DNA of 64,000 bases, from NCBI GenBank assembly GCA_913043225.1, contig CAJWLU010000001.1, forward strand, positions 128,001 to 192,000, in the 5' to 3' direction. Below are positions 20,036 through 29,315 of the stretch, piece after piece. The notes beneath the pieces were generated by a model. The model was given only the letters and a program-made list of their open reading frames with translations. It had not been told where the DNA came from and did not search any database. Every line of letters starts with the position of its first letter. Position 1 is the stretch's first letter. The stretch comes from an uncultured Acidobacteriota bacterium. GTDB taxonomy: Bacteria; Acidobacteriota; Vicinamibacteria; Vicinamibacterales; UBA8438. Position numbers and translations under genes: made by a program.

Positions 20036-21703
20036 CTACTGGGTCGGCGCGTAGGGCAGCCAGTTGAACTCGGGCTGCATCTGGGTGGCGCGGCTGGAGG
20101 GGTCGAAGTTGGCCTCCATCCAGTCGTCCCGTTCGGCCACGGCACGGATCTGGTCCATCCGGGTCTGCAGACAGTCGTAGCACACCTCGCCGGGCACCCG
20201 GTGGGCGTCGCCCTCGGTGTCGAGCCCGCGCTCCTGCATGATCTCTTCGAGCCGGGCCGCGGTGTGCACCTGGGCCTTGTAGAAGTCCGAGTAGCTGAGG
20301 CCGCGTGCGATCGCGAGGGCTGACCAGCCGTCATCGGTCAGCGCGGTCAGATCAGCGCCCTGCTCCACCAGATAGTCGACCACCAGATTGACGCCGCGGA
20401 ACCCGACGCCGTGCAGCGCGGCCTCGCCCCGGTAGTTGGTGGCGTTGACGTCGTTACCACCTTCGAGACACAGCTTCACCGCCTCGAGCACCTCTTCTTC
20501 CTGTCCCGTGAACGACCCGCCGTCCTCACCAGGATTCCAAATGGCCAGGCCCGAGGCAACCATCAACGGCGTGGTCCCGTCGGCAGTCGGTATGGTTGGG
20601 TCGGCGCCGGCGTCCAGCAGGATCCGCATCGCTTCGACGTCGGTGACCTTGGCCGCCAGCATGAACGCGGTCGCGCCCAGCCGGTTGAACCGGTTCCGCT
20701 GACCGTCGCGCATCCCGTTCCGGGTCATCCGGGCATTCACATCCACCCCGGCCGACAGCAGCTTGTGGAGCAGGTCGCTACTGTCGAGCGTGCCGGCCGC
20801 GAAAGGTCCGGGTGTTCCGAAGTACAGGTTCATCCGGCGGGTGCGGATCGTCTGATGGAGGGCATTCCACCCGGCGCCCGCGTGTCGCACGTCGGCCCCA
20901 CGGTCGAGCAGGTACGCCGCGAGCTCCCAGTTGGCGTTGGCGGCGGCGACCACGAGCGCGCTCTGGCCATCCGACACCGTGTCGTCCACGTCGGCCCCGG
21001 CATCGAGCAGCACCCGCGTAGCGTCGAGATGCCCGGCGCGAACGGCGAACATCAGGGCCGAAAAACCGGTCGGCGGGGCGTAGGCGAACGTGCGGCCGCG
21101 ACTGGCCGGGGGATTGTCCGTCCGGGCCTGCAGGTCGGCGCCCTGCTCGGCCAGCGCGTGCACCGCCTGGGCATTGTTGTTGGCCGCCGCCCACATCAGC
21201 GCCGTCTGGCCCCGCGTCTCCTCTCGCCGGTTCGGATCGGCGCCGCGGGCCAGCAACGCCCGCACCGTGGGCGCATCGCCCGTGCGAGCGGCCGTCATCA
21301 GCAGGGTCTCGCCGCCCGGCATCGTCTGGTTCGGGTCGACACCGGCATCGAGCAACGCGGTCAGGATGGCGGCGTTGCCGTTCTCGGCCGCCAGCGACGC
21401 CGGTCCCACACTGAAGCGGTTGGCCACCGCGACCGAGGCTCCCGCCTCGAGCAGCACCGTCACGACCTCCGGCTGGTCGGCATGCACGGCCCACAGGAGC
21501 GCCGTCGCACCGTCTGGCGTGGCCGTCTCCACGTCAGCGCCCTCGTCGAGGAGCGCCCGCACCGCAGCCACATCCCCTGCGGTGACCGCATCGATCAACG
21601 GCACATCGGCCGGCGCCGCGATCGCGCGCGCCGCCATCAGCAGGGCGGCAGCCGCAAGGGCAAGCGGGAACGTCTTCTGTCTGCTGTCTTCTGTCTTCTG
21701 CAT
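20036..21703 (-). CDS. Exported ankyrin-repeat protein (DUF1592/DUF1552 cassette 1)
   Basis: Many G-x-T-A/P-L-x-x-A...LL-x-x-GADxN repeats; signal peptide; C-terminal CYDC. Confidence 0.9.
   Translation of the reverse strand: MQKTEDSRQKTFPLALAAAALLMAARAIAAPADVPLIDAVTAGDVAAVRALLDEGADVETATPDGATALLWAVHADQPEVVTVLLEAGASVAVANRFSVGPASLAAENGNAAILTALLDAGVDPNQTMPGGETLLMTAARTGDAPTVRALLARGADPNRREETRGQTALMWAAANNNAQAVHALAEQGADLQARTDNPPASRGRTFAYAPPTGFSALMFAVRAGHLDATRVLLDAGADVDDTVSDGQSALVVAAANANWELAAYLLDRGADVRHAGAGWNALHQTIRTRRMNLYFGTPGPFAAGTLDSSDLLHKLLSAGVDVNARMTRNGMRDGQRNRFNRLGATAFMLAAKVTDVEAMRILLDAGADPTIPTADGTTPLMVASGLAIWNPGEDGGSFTGQEEEVLEAVKLCLEGGNDVNATNYRGEAALHGVGFRGVNLVVDYLVEQGADLTALTDDGWSALAIARGLSYSDFYKAQVHTAARLEEIMQERGLDTEGDAHRVPGEVCYDCLQTRMDQIRAVAERDDWMEANFDPSSRATQMQPEFNWLPYAPTQ
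21673..21700 (-). repeat. Tandem heptamer repeat (CAGAAGA)x4, one variant
   Basis: Minus strand ATG-CAGAAGA-CAGAAGA-CAGCAGA-CAGAAGA at the start of the ankyrin ORF. Confidence 0.75.
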
Positions 21704-21713
21704 TCTAGGAGGC

Positions 21714-23060
21714 CTACAAATCGCTCAACCGCCCCGTGCTGTCCGAGATCCGGTCGACATGCACGCCCACCTTGTCGAGCAGCGTGAGCCCGAGATTCAT
21801 GAACGGCGTGTCCATCTCGTATTTCAGGTGCCGACCACCCGCCAGCTGACCGCAGCCGTTGCCCACGAGCGTCACCGGCAGGTTGTAGGGCGTGTGATGG
21901 TCGCCATCGCCCATGCCGGTGCCATAGAGCATGATGGTGTGGTCGAGCAACGTGCCGTCACCATCCGGGGTGTTGTGCAGCCGATCCACCAGCTTGGCGA
22001 AGAGCGACATCTGGTGGGTGTTGATCTTCGTGTACTGCTGGATGTTGTGCGGATTCAGCTGGTGATGCGACACGCTGTGGTGGGCCTCCGGCACGCCGAT
22101 ACCCGGATACGTGCGGCCGCTCAGCTCACGCGCCATCTGGAAGCAGCTCACTCGAGTGACGTCGGCCTGGAACGCCAGCGCGAGCAGGTCGAACAGCACC
22201 TCGACATGCTGGTCGTACTCGTCGGGCACTCCCGCCGGCTGCGAGAGCTGCGGCAGCGGCGTCGAGGCATTGTTCTCCTCGGCGCGCTGGATACGACGCT
22301 CGATCTCACGCACCGCGTCGAGGTAGTCCTGGACGGCCGACCGATCGCGCAGGCCCAGCCGCCGGTCGAGCTGGCCGATACTCTCGTTGACCGAGTCGAG
22401 GATGCTGCGGTCGGTCCGCATCTGCGCCATCCTGGCCTCGACACTCCCACCGTCGCCGAACAGCCGCTGGAAGACCACACGCGGATCCCGCTCGTGCGGC
22501 AGCGGGGTGGTCGCCGTTCGCCAGGACGTCGAGTTCTGGTAGGTGCAGCTGTAGCCGTTCTCGCAGTTGCCGACCGTGAAGCTCGACTCGGTGGTGAGCT
22601 CAAGCGACCGCAGCGACGTGTCGGCGCCGAGCACGTCGGCCGCATACTGGTCGACCGTCTTGCCAGCCTCGATGTCGGCCCCCTCGGTCCGCTTCGGCAA
22701 CACTCCGCTCAGCCAGCCGCCGTGGGCCCGCGTGTGCACACCGCCGCCCTCGTTCGGGCTGACCAGTCCCCTGTTGCTGAGTCCCGACACCACGACCATC
22801 TGGTCGCGATAGGCCTCAAGCGGCTTGAGGATGGGGGTGATGGCATACCCGGTGCCTCCGCCGCCAGCCGGGTGGAAGTTGGGCAGGAACATCCCGTTCG
22901 GCGCATAGATGAAGCCCAGCCGCGGAATGGCGGGCGCCGCCGCGGTCCGGCTCGTGGCCGTCAGCGCGGGTGCCATGGCGTCCAGAAACGGGAGGGCCAC
23001 CGTAGCCCCGAGCCCCCGGAGCACGGTCCGACGTGGCAGCGCCTTCTTGGTGACGATCAT
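21714..23060 (-). CDS. DUF1552 (HXXSHH) protein with Tat signal (cassette 1)
   Basis: LPRRTVLRGLGATVALPFLDAM, CENGYSC, FQRLFG, SILD, HHSVSHH, GTLLDHT. Confidence 0.9.
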   Translation of the reverse strand: MIVTKKALPRRTVLRGLGATVALPFLDAMAPALTATSRTAAAPAIPRLGFIYAPNGMFLPNFHPAGGGGTGYAITPILKPLEAYRDQMVVVSGLSNRGLVSPNEGGGVHTRAHGGWLSGVLPKRTEGADIEAGKTVDQYAADVLGADTSLRSLELTTESSFTVGNCENGYSCTYQNSTSWRTATTPLPHERDPRVVFQRLFGDGGSVEARMAQMRTDRSILDSVNESIGQLDRRLGLRDRSAVQDYLDAVREIERRIQRAEENNASTPLPQLSQPAGVPDEYDQHVEVLFDLLALAFQADVTRVSCFQMARELSGRTYPGIGVPEAHHSVSHHQLNPHNIQQYTKINTHQMSLFAKLVDRLHNTPDGDGTLLDHTIMLYGTGMGDGDHHTPYNLPVTLVGNGCGQLAGGRHLKYEMDTPFMNLGLTLLDKVGVHVDRISDSTGRLSDL

Positions 23061-25498
23061 GACTCTGATCTCCTGTGCAGGAACGGATAGCTGTTCACAA
23101 TGCCCACGATGATCGACTGCATCGAGTAGTCGGACGCGGCCGCGTCGCGCACGATACGGCGCACGGCCGGCATGTCGTAGTGCCCCAGGCCTCGACCGAG
23201 CGCATAGGTCATGAGCTTCTCGGTCACGGTGCCCACGAAGCGATCGGGACGCGCCACGAGCGCCTCGCGGAGCTCGGCTACCCCGTCGAACGCGGTCCCA
23301 TCTGGAAGCACCCCGGAGGTGTCGAGCCGGTTGAACGATTCGTCGACGACCCGAGCGCGGCCGATCGCATCGAAGCCCTCGAGCGCGAACCCGGCCGGGT
23401 CGATCATCGAGTGACAGGCCGCACACACCGGGTTGGCCCGATGCGCCGACAACCGCTCGCGGACGGTCGCCACCCGGGCCTGCGTCTTGCGATCGTCTAG
23501 GGCTGGAATGTTGGGCGGCGGATCCGGGGGCGGCGTCCCGAGGATGTTGTTGAGAATCCACTTGCCGCGGAGCACCGGCGAGGTGCGAATGGCGTGGGAG
23601 GTCAGCGTCAGAATGCTGCCCTGTCCCAGCAATCCACCCCGAGCACTGTCGGCAGGCAGGCTCACCCGCCGGAAATGCGACCCTTGCACGCCCGGGATGT
23701 CGTAGTGCCCGGCCAGCCGACCGTTCAGGAACGTGTAGTCGGCGGTCAGCAGATCCAGCACGCCGCGATCGTCCCGCACGATGCTGTCGAAGAACAGCTC
23801 TGTCTCGGTGATCATCGCCTGCCGCAGCGTCTCGTCGAACGCCACCGCATGGGGGTCGCCCGGCCGGATCACCGTGGCCAGGTTCCGCAGCTGAAGCCAC
23901 TGGCCGGCAAAGTTCGCGGTCAGCGCTTCGGACCGAGGGTCGGCGACCATTCGGCGCACCTGCCGCTCGAGCTCGGCGGGCTCACTCAGTGCGCCACGCT
24001 CGGCCACGCGGAGCAGCTCGTCGTCCGGAATGCTGCTCCAGAGAAAGAACGAGAGTCGCGACGCCAGCTCGAGGTCGCTCACCGCATACGGCGCGTCGGG
24101 ACGGGCCTCGTTGGGATCTGCCTCGATTCTGACCAGGAACTCCGGGCTCACGAGGAGGCGCCGGAGGGCGAGCTCGATGCCATCCTCGAAATCGCCTCCA
24201 CTCGCACGCCCCATCTCGTAAAACTCGAGCAACACCGAGAGGTCCGCTTCCGCCACGGGACGGCGATAGGCGCGTCGCGCGAGCGACGACAGAATCTCTC
24301 GCGCGCACCCGGCTTCTTCGGACGCCGCGGCAGGCTGACAGCGGAAGACCCTGTCTCGACTCGGCGTGGTTCCTGCCCCACGCGCATCGAACGGCCCCGC
24401 GATGGTGACGCTCGACACGAACGGAATCGAGCCACCTGGACCGCCCGAGTTGCCCGAGGTCCGCGGGTTCTGGAACCGCTCGCGGACCTGCTCGATGAGC
24501 ACCGGTGGCTTCCGATGGAACGCCACCCCGATGTCGCGGGGACCGGCGTCGATCGAGACACGGCGCTCGATCGTCGAGCCGCTAAAGTAGACGCTCTCAC
24601 TTCCGTCGCCCGCCGGGCCCAACGTGATCAGCTCGAGACGAGCACCATCCACGGTGATCTCGAGCGGATGCTCCTCGCTCAACCCGCGGGTCCCGCTCAG
24701 CTGGATGGTGAGGTCGTAGTCGGCATCGAGCGGGATCTGCTGACTGACCAGCATGCCGCCACGGGTGCCAAAAGGCAGACCGGTGGCCCGCTCATGCTGC
24801 TGCTCGTCCTGGGCGGCCCGATAGGTCTCGGAAAAGGGCGCCGGGGGTGGGCTGCCCACCGCCAGGCGGCTGATGGTCCGGCTGGCTTCGAGATAGCGCT
24901 CAAGGAGCGACTGCGACATACGCAGCACGCCCCCGATGTTGTCGAATCCGAAGCTGGCGTCGTCGGCCGGGAGGAAATCGTCGACCGGAATCTCGAGAGC
25001 GAGCAGGTCGCGGATGGCGTTGCGATACTCGGCGCGGTTCAGGCGATGAAAGGTTGCCGTGCGCCCCGGGTCCGGTCGCGCGGTCGCCGCCGCGTCGAGC
25101 CCGCTCTCGAGCCACGCGCGAAAGCCGTCGAGCGTCGCCTCATCCGGGCGCGGCCGGCCGGCTGGCGGCATCAGCCCGGCACGGAGCTTTCGGACCACCG
25201 CCTCCCAGTGGGCGGCGTCGGTGGACAGGGTCTCGAGGTCCAACGAGTCCAGGGCCAGTCCCACCGCACGCAGCTGGGACGTCAGAGGCGTGGAACGCCC
25301 AGACTCACCGTCCACGAGCGCCTGGTTGTGGCAGGTGACACAGTAGCGACCTAGGAGCGCACGGTACTCGGTGGCCTGCGCGGCGGCCATCGTCGGCTGC
25401 CACGCGAACCCGCCCAGGACCAGCGCAATCGCCGCCGCAGGTGTCGACCAGCGACACCACCGCCCGCCGACGTTCCGACGTTCGGGACAGGATTCCAT
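23057..25498 (-). CDS. DUF1587/1595/1592/1588/1585 protein with two CxxCH motifs (cassette 1)
   Basis: YCVTCH; RLNRAEYRNAIRDLL; ELASRLSFFLWSSIPD; TSPVLRGKW; CAACH; EKLMTYALGRG; ATGA overlap with the DUF1552 gene. Confidence 0.9.
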   Translation of the reverse strand: MESCPERRNVGGRWCRWSTPAAAIALVLGGFAWQPTMAAAQATEYRALLGRYCVTCHNQALVDGESGRSTPLTSQLRAVGLALDSLDLETLSTDAAHWEAVVRKLRAGLMPPAGRPRPDEATLDGFRAWLESGLDAAATARPDPGRTATFHRLNRAEYRNAIRDLLALEIPVDDFLPADDASFGFDNIGGVLRMSQSLLERYLEASRTISRLAVGSPPPAPFSETYRAAQDEQQHERATGLPFGTRGGMLVSQQIPLDADYDLTIQLSGTRGLSEEHPLEITVDGARLELITLGPAGDGSESVYFSGSTIERRVSIDAGPRDIGVAFHRKPPVLIEQVRERFQNPRTSGNSGGPGGSIPFVSSVTIAGPFDARGAGTTPSRDRVFRCQPAAASEEAGCAREILSSLARRAYRRPVAEADLSVLLEFYEMGRASGGDFEDGIELALRRLLVSPEFLVRIEADPNEARPDAPYAVSDLELASRLSFFLWSSIPDDELLRVAERGALSEPAELERQVRRMVADPRSEALTANFAGQWLQLRNLATVIRPGDPHAVAFDETLRQAMITETELFFDSIVRDDRGVLDLLTADYTFLNGRLAGHYDIPGVQGSHFRRVSLPADSARGGLLGQGSILTLTSHAIRTSPVLRGKWILNNILGTPPPDPPPNIPALDDRKTQARVATVRERLSAHRANPVCAACHSMIDPAGFALEGFDAIGRARVVDESFNRLDTSGVLPDGTAFDGVAELREALVARPDRFVGTVTEKLMTYALGRGLGHYDMPAVRRIVRDAAASDYSMQSIIVGIVNSYPFLHRRSES

Positions 25499-25570
25499 TT
25501 TGAAGGGTCGATCGTAGACCGGAGGCGTGGTGGAGGCAAGCGCGAGAGGGCCGAATCGCGGCCGCCGCGG

Positions 25571-26563
25571 CTAGGGTGAGGCGGCCAGGCCGAACCGGGA
25601 CGTGAACGCCGAGCTCGGCGCGCGGCGAACGTGATCGCCATCCCGATCCCGGGTGAGGAACAGCACGGCGAGGCCTTCCTGCTCGGCAAGCCGCAGCCCT
25701 GCCTCCGGGCCGAGCACATAGAACGCCGTGGAGAGGATGTCGGCGGCCAGCGGGTCGGCGTGCCACACGGTCACCGACGCCGAGCGGGCCACCGGGCGAC
25801 CGGTGCGCGGATCGAGCAGGTGGGTGACACGAGTGCCATGATCCCAGGACCGCTCAGAGTCACCACTCGTGGCCAGGGAACCGTGGTCGAGGGTGAGCTC
25901 GGCGACAACCCGGGTGCGGTGCGCCGGATGCGCCAGTGCGACCGCATGCGCTCGCCCAGACACTGCCACCTGTCCTCCCAGATCGACCAGCCACGACTCG
26001 CCCCCCTCTGCCCGAGGCAACCGGGCCAGTGCGGCACCTTTGCCGAAGGCGCCGGCGTCGAGCGTAACCTCCCTAGTCCGGACCAGCGTGCAAGCAGGCT
26101 CGTCGAAACGAAGGTACTCAAGGCCCGAACGGCCAGCGGCCGAGGACCATTCATCCTCGGTCGGCACTCGCCCCTCCTCTCGCAATCCCCACGCGTCACG
26201 CCAAGCCCCAATGGCCGGATCGAATGCCCCGTCAGTGGCGTCATGCCACATGACCAGGCCTGACCAGAGGCGGCAGACAGAATCGGGAAGCTGAAACGGA
26301 TCGCCGAGGGGGTGTCGGCTCGCCCGACTCAACACACTGGAGTCGCGCCAGGTACTGAGCTCGGCCTCAGTCTGTTCCAGGCTCCGGAGCAAAGAATCGA
26401 GTCGTTCTCTGGCCATGCGGCCAGTGTTCGCCTCGGCAACCAGCGTGACCCGGGTGCCCATGAGATACACGACCCGCTCGGCCGCCACCGGCTGCGCGTC
26501 GACAAGTGCAGCCGAGCCTGCCACCAGGCCGACGACCAGCGCTGCAGCGGCCGACACCCGCAT
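25571..26563 (-). CDS. apbE: FAD:protein FMN transferase (flavinyl transferase)
   Basis: LMGT, GAFDPAIG, DAGAFGKG, DLGG, LATSG, HLLDPRTG, ADILSTA; signal peptide. Confidence 0.85.
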   Translation of the reverse strand: MRVSAAAALVVGLVAGSAALVDAQPVAAERVVYLMGTRVTLVAEANTGRMARERLDSLLRSLEQTEAELSTWRDSSVLSRASRHPLGDPFQLPDSVCRLWSGLVMWHDATDGAFDPAIGAWRDAWGLREEGRVPTEDEWSSAAGRSGLEYLRFDEPACTLVRTREVTLDAGAFGKGAALARLPRAEGGESWLVDLGGQVAVSGRAHAVALAHPAHRTRVVAELTLDHGSLATSGDSERSWDHGTRVTHLLDPRTGRPVARSASVTVWHADPLAADILSTAFYVLGPEAGLRLAEQEGLAVLFLTRDRDGDHVRRAPSSAFTSRFGLAASP

Positions 26564-26570
26564 TGGAGAC

Positions 26571-27041
26571 TCAGGAAGGTTGCCCGACAGTTCTTCCGAG
26601 CGAACGGAGGGCGGAGGGACTGGTCAAGCGCCACCCGATAACCAAATGCACACCATACCCAACGACGAAGACCAGGCTGGTCGCCACATGCAACCAGATG
26701 GACGCAGTGACCCAGGAGGGACTCGATGCGACCTGTACAAAGTAGCCTGACAACGCCATCAGCGAGAAGCTCACGACCGAGGTCCATCCCGACCGCCGGT
26801 TCCGGAGATCCCGACTGAGGATCTTTCTCAGGGAGTGCGACCGAAAGAGGATGCCGAAGAATGCGATGAACACGGGAGCCGCCAGCAAGTGCGTCGACAG
26901 CATCATTGGCTGCCAGGGATGGTTGGCAATCGAAAAAGGGTCGGTCGGCGTGACGAAATACTTCATGTAGAAGTACACGACCCCAGTCACGGCGACCACG
27001 CCATGGAACGTGTTGAACGTCCACCGCTCCCACCGGGTCAT
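26571..27041 (-). CDS. Four-TM membrane protein with His in TM segments (DUF4405-like putative b-type cytochrome)
   Basis: TFHG, STHL, RSHS, WLHV, GVHL within or next to hydrophobic helices; lies between the FMN-binding gene and apbE. Confidence 0.6.
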   Translation of the reverse strand: MTRWERWTFNTFHGVVAVTGVVYFYMKYFVTPTDPFSIANHPWQPMMLSTHLLAAPVFIAFFGILFRSHSLRKILSRDLRNRRSGWTSVVSFSLMALSGYFVQVASSPSWVTASIWLHVATSLVFVVGYGVHLVIGWRLTSPSALRSLGRTVGQPS

Positions 27042-27056
27042 GTATCAGTCCGAGCC

Positions 27057-27620
27057 CTATTGGTCGGTCTCCGCAAGTACCTGGTCGATCGCCATCACCC
27101 GCCGTGTGGCATCGGTGGCGGCGTGGGTGGTCAGCGTAGCACCGACTATCGGGCGAATCAGGCGGTGCATCGCAAGGTCGTCGTTCAAGGGGTGTCCCAC
27201 GGCCTGACCGAGCCATCGGTCCGGAGCGATGTACATGCGGGGCTCAAAAAAGGCTGTGACGTCGATACGTTTGAGGGTCCCATCGTCGGCGAGAGAAATG
27301 AGCAGGCTCTCCCGCTTGGTCCGCACGACGTGCGTATCGATATAGGCGCGACCGATGACCCGTCCACCCTGGGTGGCCACGTATCGCGCAATCAGGCCGG
27401 TATCAAGGTCGACCCGGGAGATCTCTTCAATCGAAGTTCGCTGCGCGTCAGTCAGGAAGACTCGCTCAGCCGCGATTTCCGCACCGGGGAAGAGGGCGGC
27501 GAGTGCCTGTTCTCTAGTAGGCAACCCGCCGTCTTGTGCGGAAAGCGTGGAACCAGCCACCAGCCACACAAGGCCGGTCGCTACGAGCACACGGTGTCTA
27601 ATGGCTGGTTCCAACATCAA
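27057..27620 (-). CDS. Exported FMN-binding (flavinylation substrate) protein
   Basis: Signal peptide; AYIDTHVVRT, FFEP, IVGATLTT (variant of the [S/T]GA[S/T] motif); two genes upstream of apbE. Confidence 0.75.
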   Translation of the reverse strand: MMLEPAIRHRVLVATGLVWLVAGSTLSAQDGGLPTREQALAALFPGAEIAAERVFLTDAQRTSIEEISRVDLDTGLIARYVATQGGRVIGRAYIDTHVVRTKRESLLISLADDGTLKRIDVTAFFEPRMYIAPDRWLGQAVGHPLNDDLAMHRLIRPIVGATLTTHAATDATRRVMAIDQVLAETDQ

Positions 27621-27646
27621 GACCGATCTAGCGGCAACTCTGGGCC

Positions 27647-29050
27647 CTAGAAGGCATACCCCAAGTTGATGTTGAACTGGTTAACTGCGTCGTTAGCGTC
27701 GTTGCTCGCCCACGCATGATCCAGCTTCAGCACGATGTTCGGAATTGGCTTCAGTTCAATGCCCGCAGTGATGAACCTAATGTCGGTCGAAAGGCTGCGA
27801 GTAAACCCGACCGGCATCACGGCCTGGGTATCGACCACCTCGTAGCGGATATATGGTGTCAACGCGACCCCGGCATTGCCGGTCACCTGGGACAACACGT
27901 CGTAACCGAACGAAATGTAGGAACCCTGCATCTGCTCGGCAACGCCCTTGCTTCCACTCAGCCCCAAGGCCTCGTTAAGCTTCGCCGCATCGCTCAGATT
28001 CGCCCGTGCAAACAGCGCACGGATGTCAACACCTCGAACCTGTGCCTGCCCGTGCAGATCCCAGATCGTGGTTTTGATGCCATATTCAATCCCGTCAACA
28101 TCGATCTCACCCTGACCGGAGTCCCCACTGTAGAGACTGGCACCGAAGAACACTCCTGGCGTCGGGGTGACATCCACGCGGCCGGTGAACGCTAGGCTTG
28201 TGGACTTCGCCTTGGCACCCTTCTGCCGTCCCCCACGAACGCCTTTCGACGAAAACTTAGATCCGTTGAAGCCGTTCATGACATAGGCACGGAACGCCAC
28301 GTTACTGAACGCCCCGTAGATGCCACCGCCGTTCTCCCGCCAAGTAGACGGAATAATCCGATTCTCAGTAACCGGACGCTCGGCACCAATAAACACGTTC
28401 GGCTCGTGGTACTCGTTGACGAGTCCCATGGGCGCAAGCAACATGCCACCGCGAAGGCCAAAATTCTCAGTTGCCTGATAGTCGACGTAGGCGAACTCGA
28501 CGTAAATTTCCTTGCCGTGCTCAACCTCGATCTCGGAGTTGAACAGGAACTTATCGTTAAACCGATACCCCGTATACAGGATGGCGCGCAAGAAGTCGGA
28601 CTTGGTATACGCATTGGTCGGCGCGCCGCCTTGGTTCGTATCTGCGTAGTTCTCGATCAGCAATTCACCGTAACCGGCGATAGAGACACCCCGCTCCACT
28701 CCATAGGTGGCTGCCGCGGACGGTGCCAGACCTAGTGCACGGGCACGGTCCACGTCCACTGGCTCAGCGACATCGCCCGCTCGGAGACGCTCGACCTCCT
28801 CGGCCAGTGTGTCGAGTTGACGCTGGAGCTCCGCAACGTCTGGCTGCTGCTCGACCTCCTCGGCGCCTTCGGGCGATTCCTCGCCAGCGGCTTCGTTGGT
28901 GTTCTCAGGGGCCGGAGCGCCCGCTGCGCCGGCTGTCTGGGGCAGCACGACACCTTCCTGCTCCTGAGCGACGGCTGGCGCGGCAAGAACAAATGCGACC
29001 AGCAAGAAGAATGTCGAACGGAGCAACTGCAATATTCGTCGAATTGTCAT
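27647..29050 (-). CDS. Outer-membrane beta-barrel porin with N-terminal coiled coil
   Basis: Signal peptide, coiled coil (ELQRQLDTLAEEVERLR), IAGYGEL, FNSEIEVEH, VEFAYVDY, NEYHEP, IIPSTWRE; C-terminal LGYAF beta-signal. Confidence 0.85.
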   Translation of the reverse strand: MTIRRILQLLRSTFFLLVAFVLAAPAVAQEQEGVVLPQTAGAAGAPAPENTNEAAGEESPEGAEEVEQQPDVAELQRQLDTLAEEVERLRAGDVAEPVDVDRARALGLAPSAAATYGVERGVSIAGYGELLIENYADTNQGGAPTNAYTKSDFLRAILYTGYRFNDKFLFNSEIEVEHGKEIYVEFAYVDYQATENFGLRGGMLLAPMGLVNEYHEPNVFIGAERPVTENRIIPSTWRENGGGIYGAFSNVAFRAYVMNGFNGSKFSSKGVRGGRQKGAKAKSTSLAFTGRVDVTPTPGVFFGASLYSGDSGQGEIDVDGIEYGIKTTIWDLHGQAQVRGVDIRALFARANLSDAAKLNEALGLSGSKGVAEQMQGSYISFGYDVLSQVTGNAGVALTPYIRYEVVDTQAVMPVGFTRSLSTDIRFITAGIELKPIPNIVLKLDHAWASNDANDAVNQFNINLGYAF

Positions 29051-29070
29051 GGGCTTATCCCTCTACCTTG

Positions 29071-29100
29071 TTGCAAGCCCAGGCGGTCTTTCCTTAAAAT
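29071..29100 (+). promoter_or_regulatory. Putative sigma70 promoter of the antisense sRNA
   Basis: TTGCAA (29071-29076), 18-nt spacer, TAAAAT (29095-29100). Confidence 0.55.
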
Positions 29101-29107
29101 GTTCACC

Positions 29108-29197
29108 GCTGGACGCTGCATCTCTGTTGCACCTGAATGGGTGTAGCGCGTGTTCAGCTGGCCCGTTGGGTGTCACCGCACCCCGCGGGCCTTTTTT
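29108..29197 (+). ncRNA. Candidate ~90-nt small RNA antisense to the porin-operon leader
   Basis: Starts 8 nt after the -10 box. Hairpin 29108-29158 (GCTGGAC/GTTCAGC and GCTGCATC/GGTGTAGC, with G-U pairs valid only on +), then terminator hairpin 29160-29191 and T6. Confidence 0.55.
29160..29197 (+). terminator. Rho-independent terminator
   Basis: GGCCCG-TT-GGGTG-TCACCG-CACCC-CG-CGGGCC followed by TTTTTT. Confidence 0.7.
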
Positions 29198-29248
29198 GTC
29201 TCGGCGGCTGGCGCACAGGCAAGCGCACAACTCAAAAGCCGAGACTGA

Positions 29249-29269
29249 AACTGAGACTCAGTCTCAGTT
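29249..29269. promoter_or_regulatory. Fur-like operator palindrome 1
   Basis: Perfect 10-1-10 palindrome AACTGAGACT-C-AGTCTCAGTT; overlaps and is preceded by extra GAGACT/GAAACT hexamers; just downstream of the porin-operon -10. Confidence 0.7.
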
Positions 29270-29278
29270 ACTGGACAA

Positions 29279-29307
29279 AGTGTATATCCGACCGATCTTG
29301 TCGTCAA
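29279..29307 (-). promoter_or_regulatory. sigma70 promoter of the porin-FMN-apbE operon
   Basis: Minus strand TTGACG (29307-29302), 17-nt spacer, TACACT (29284-29279). Confidence 0.7.
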
Positions 29308-29315
29308 TCTAAAAA

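Noticed and set aside
21714..23900. 728-aa ORF suggesting a long N-terminal extension on DUF1552
   Set aside because: The extension overlaps DUF1592 in another frame. The real start is ATG 23060, given the Tat signal and the ATGA coupling seen in the other two cassettes.
21090..25354. Long + strand ORFs (666 aa, 586 aa), and similar ones such as 52626-54275, 20411-21787 and 18437-19726
   Set aside because: They are antisense shadows of well-supported genes in GC-rich DNA and have no family motifs.
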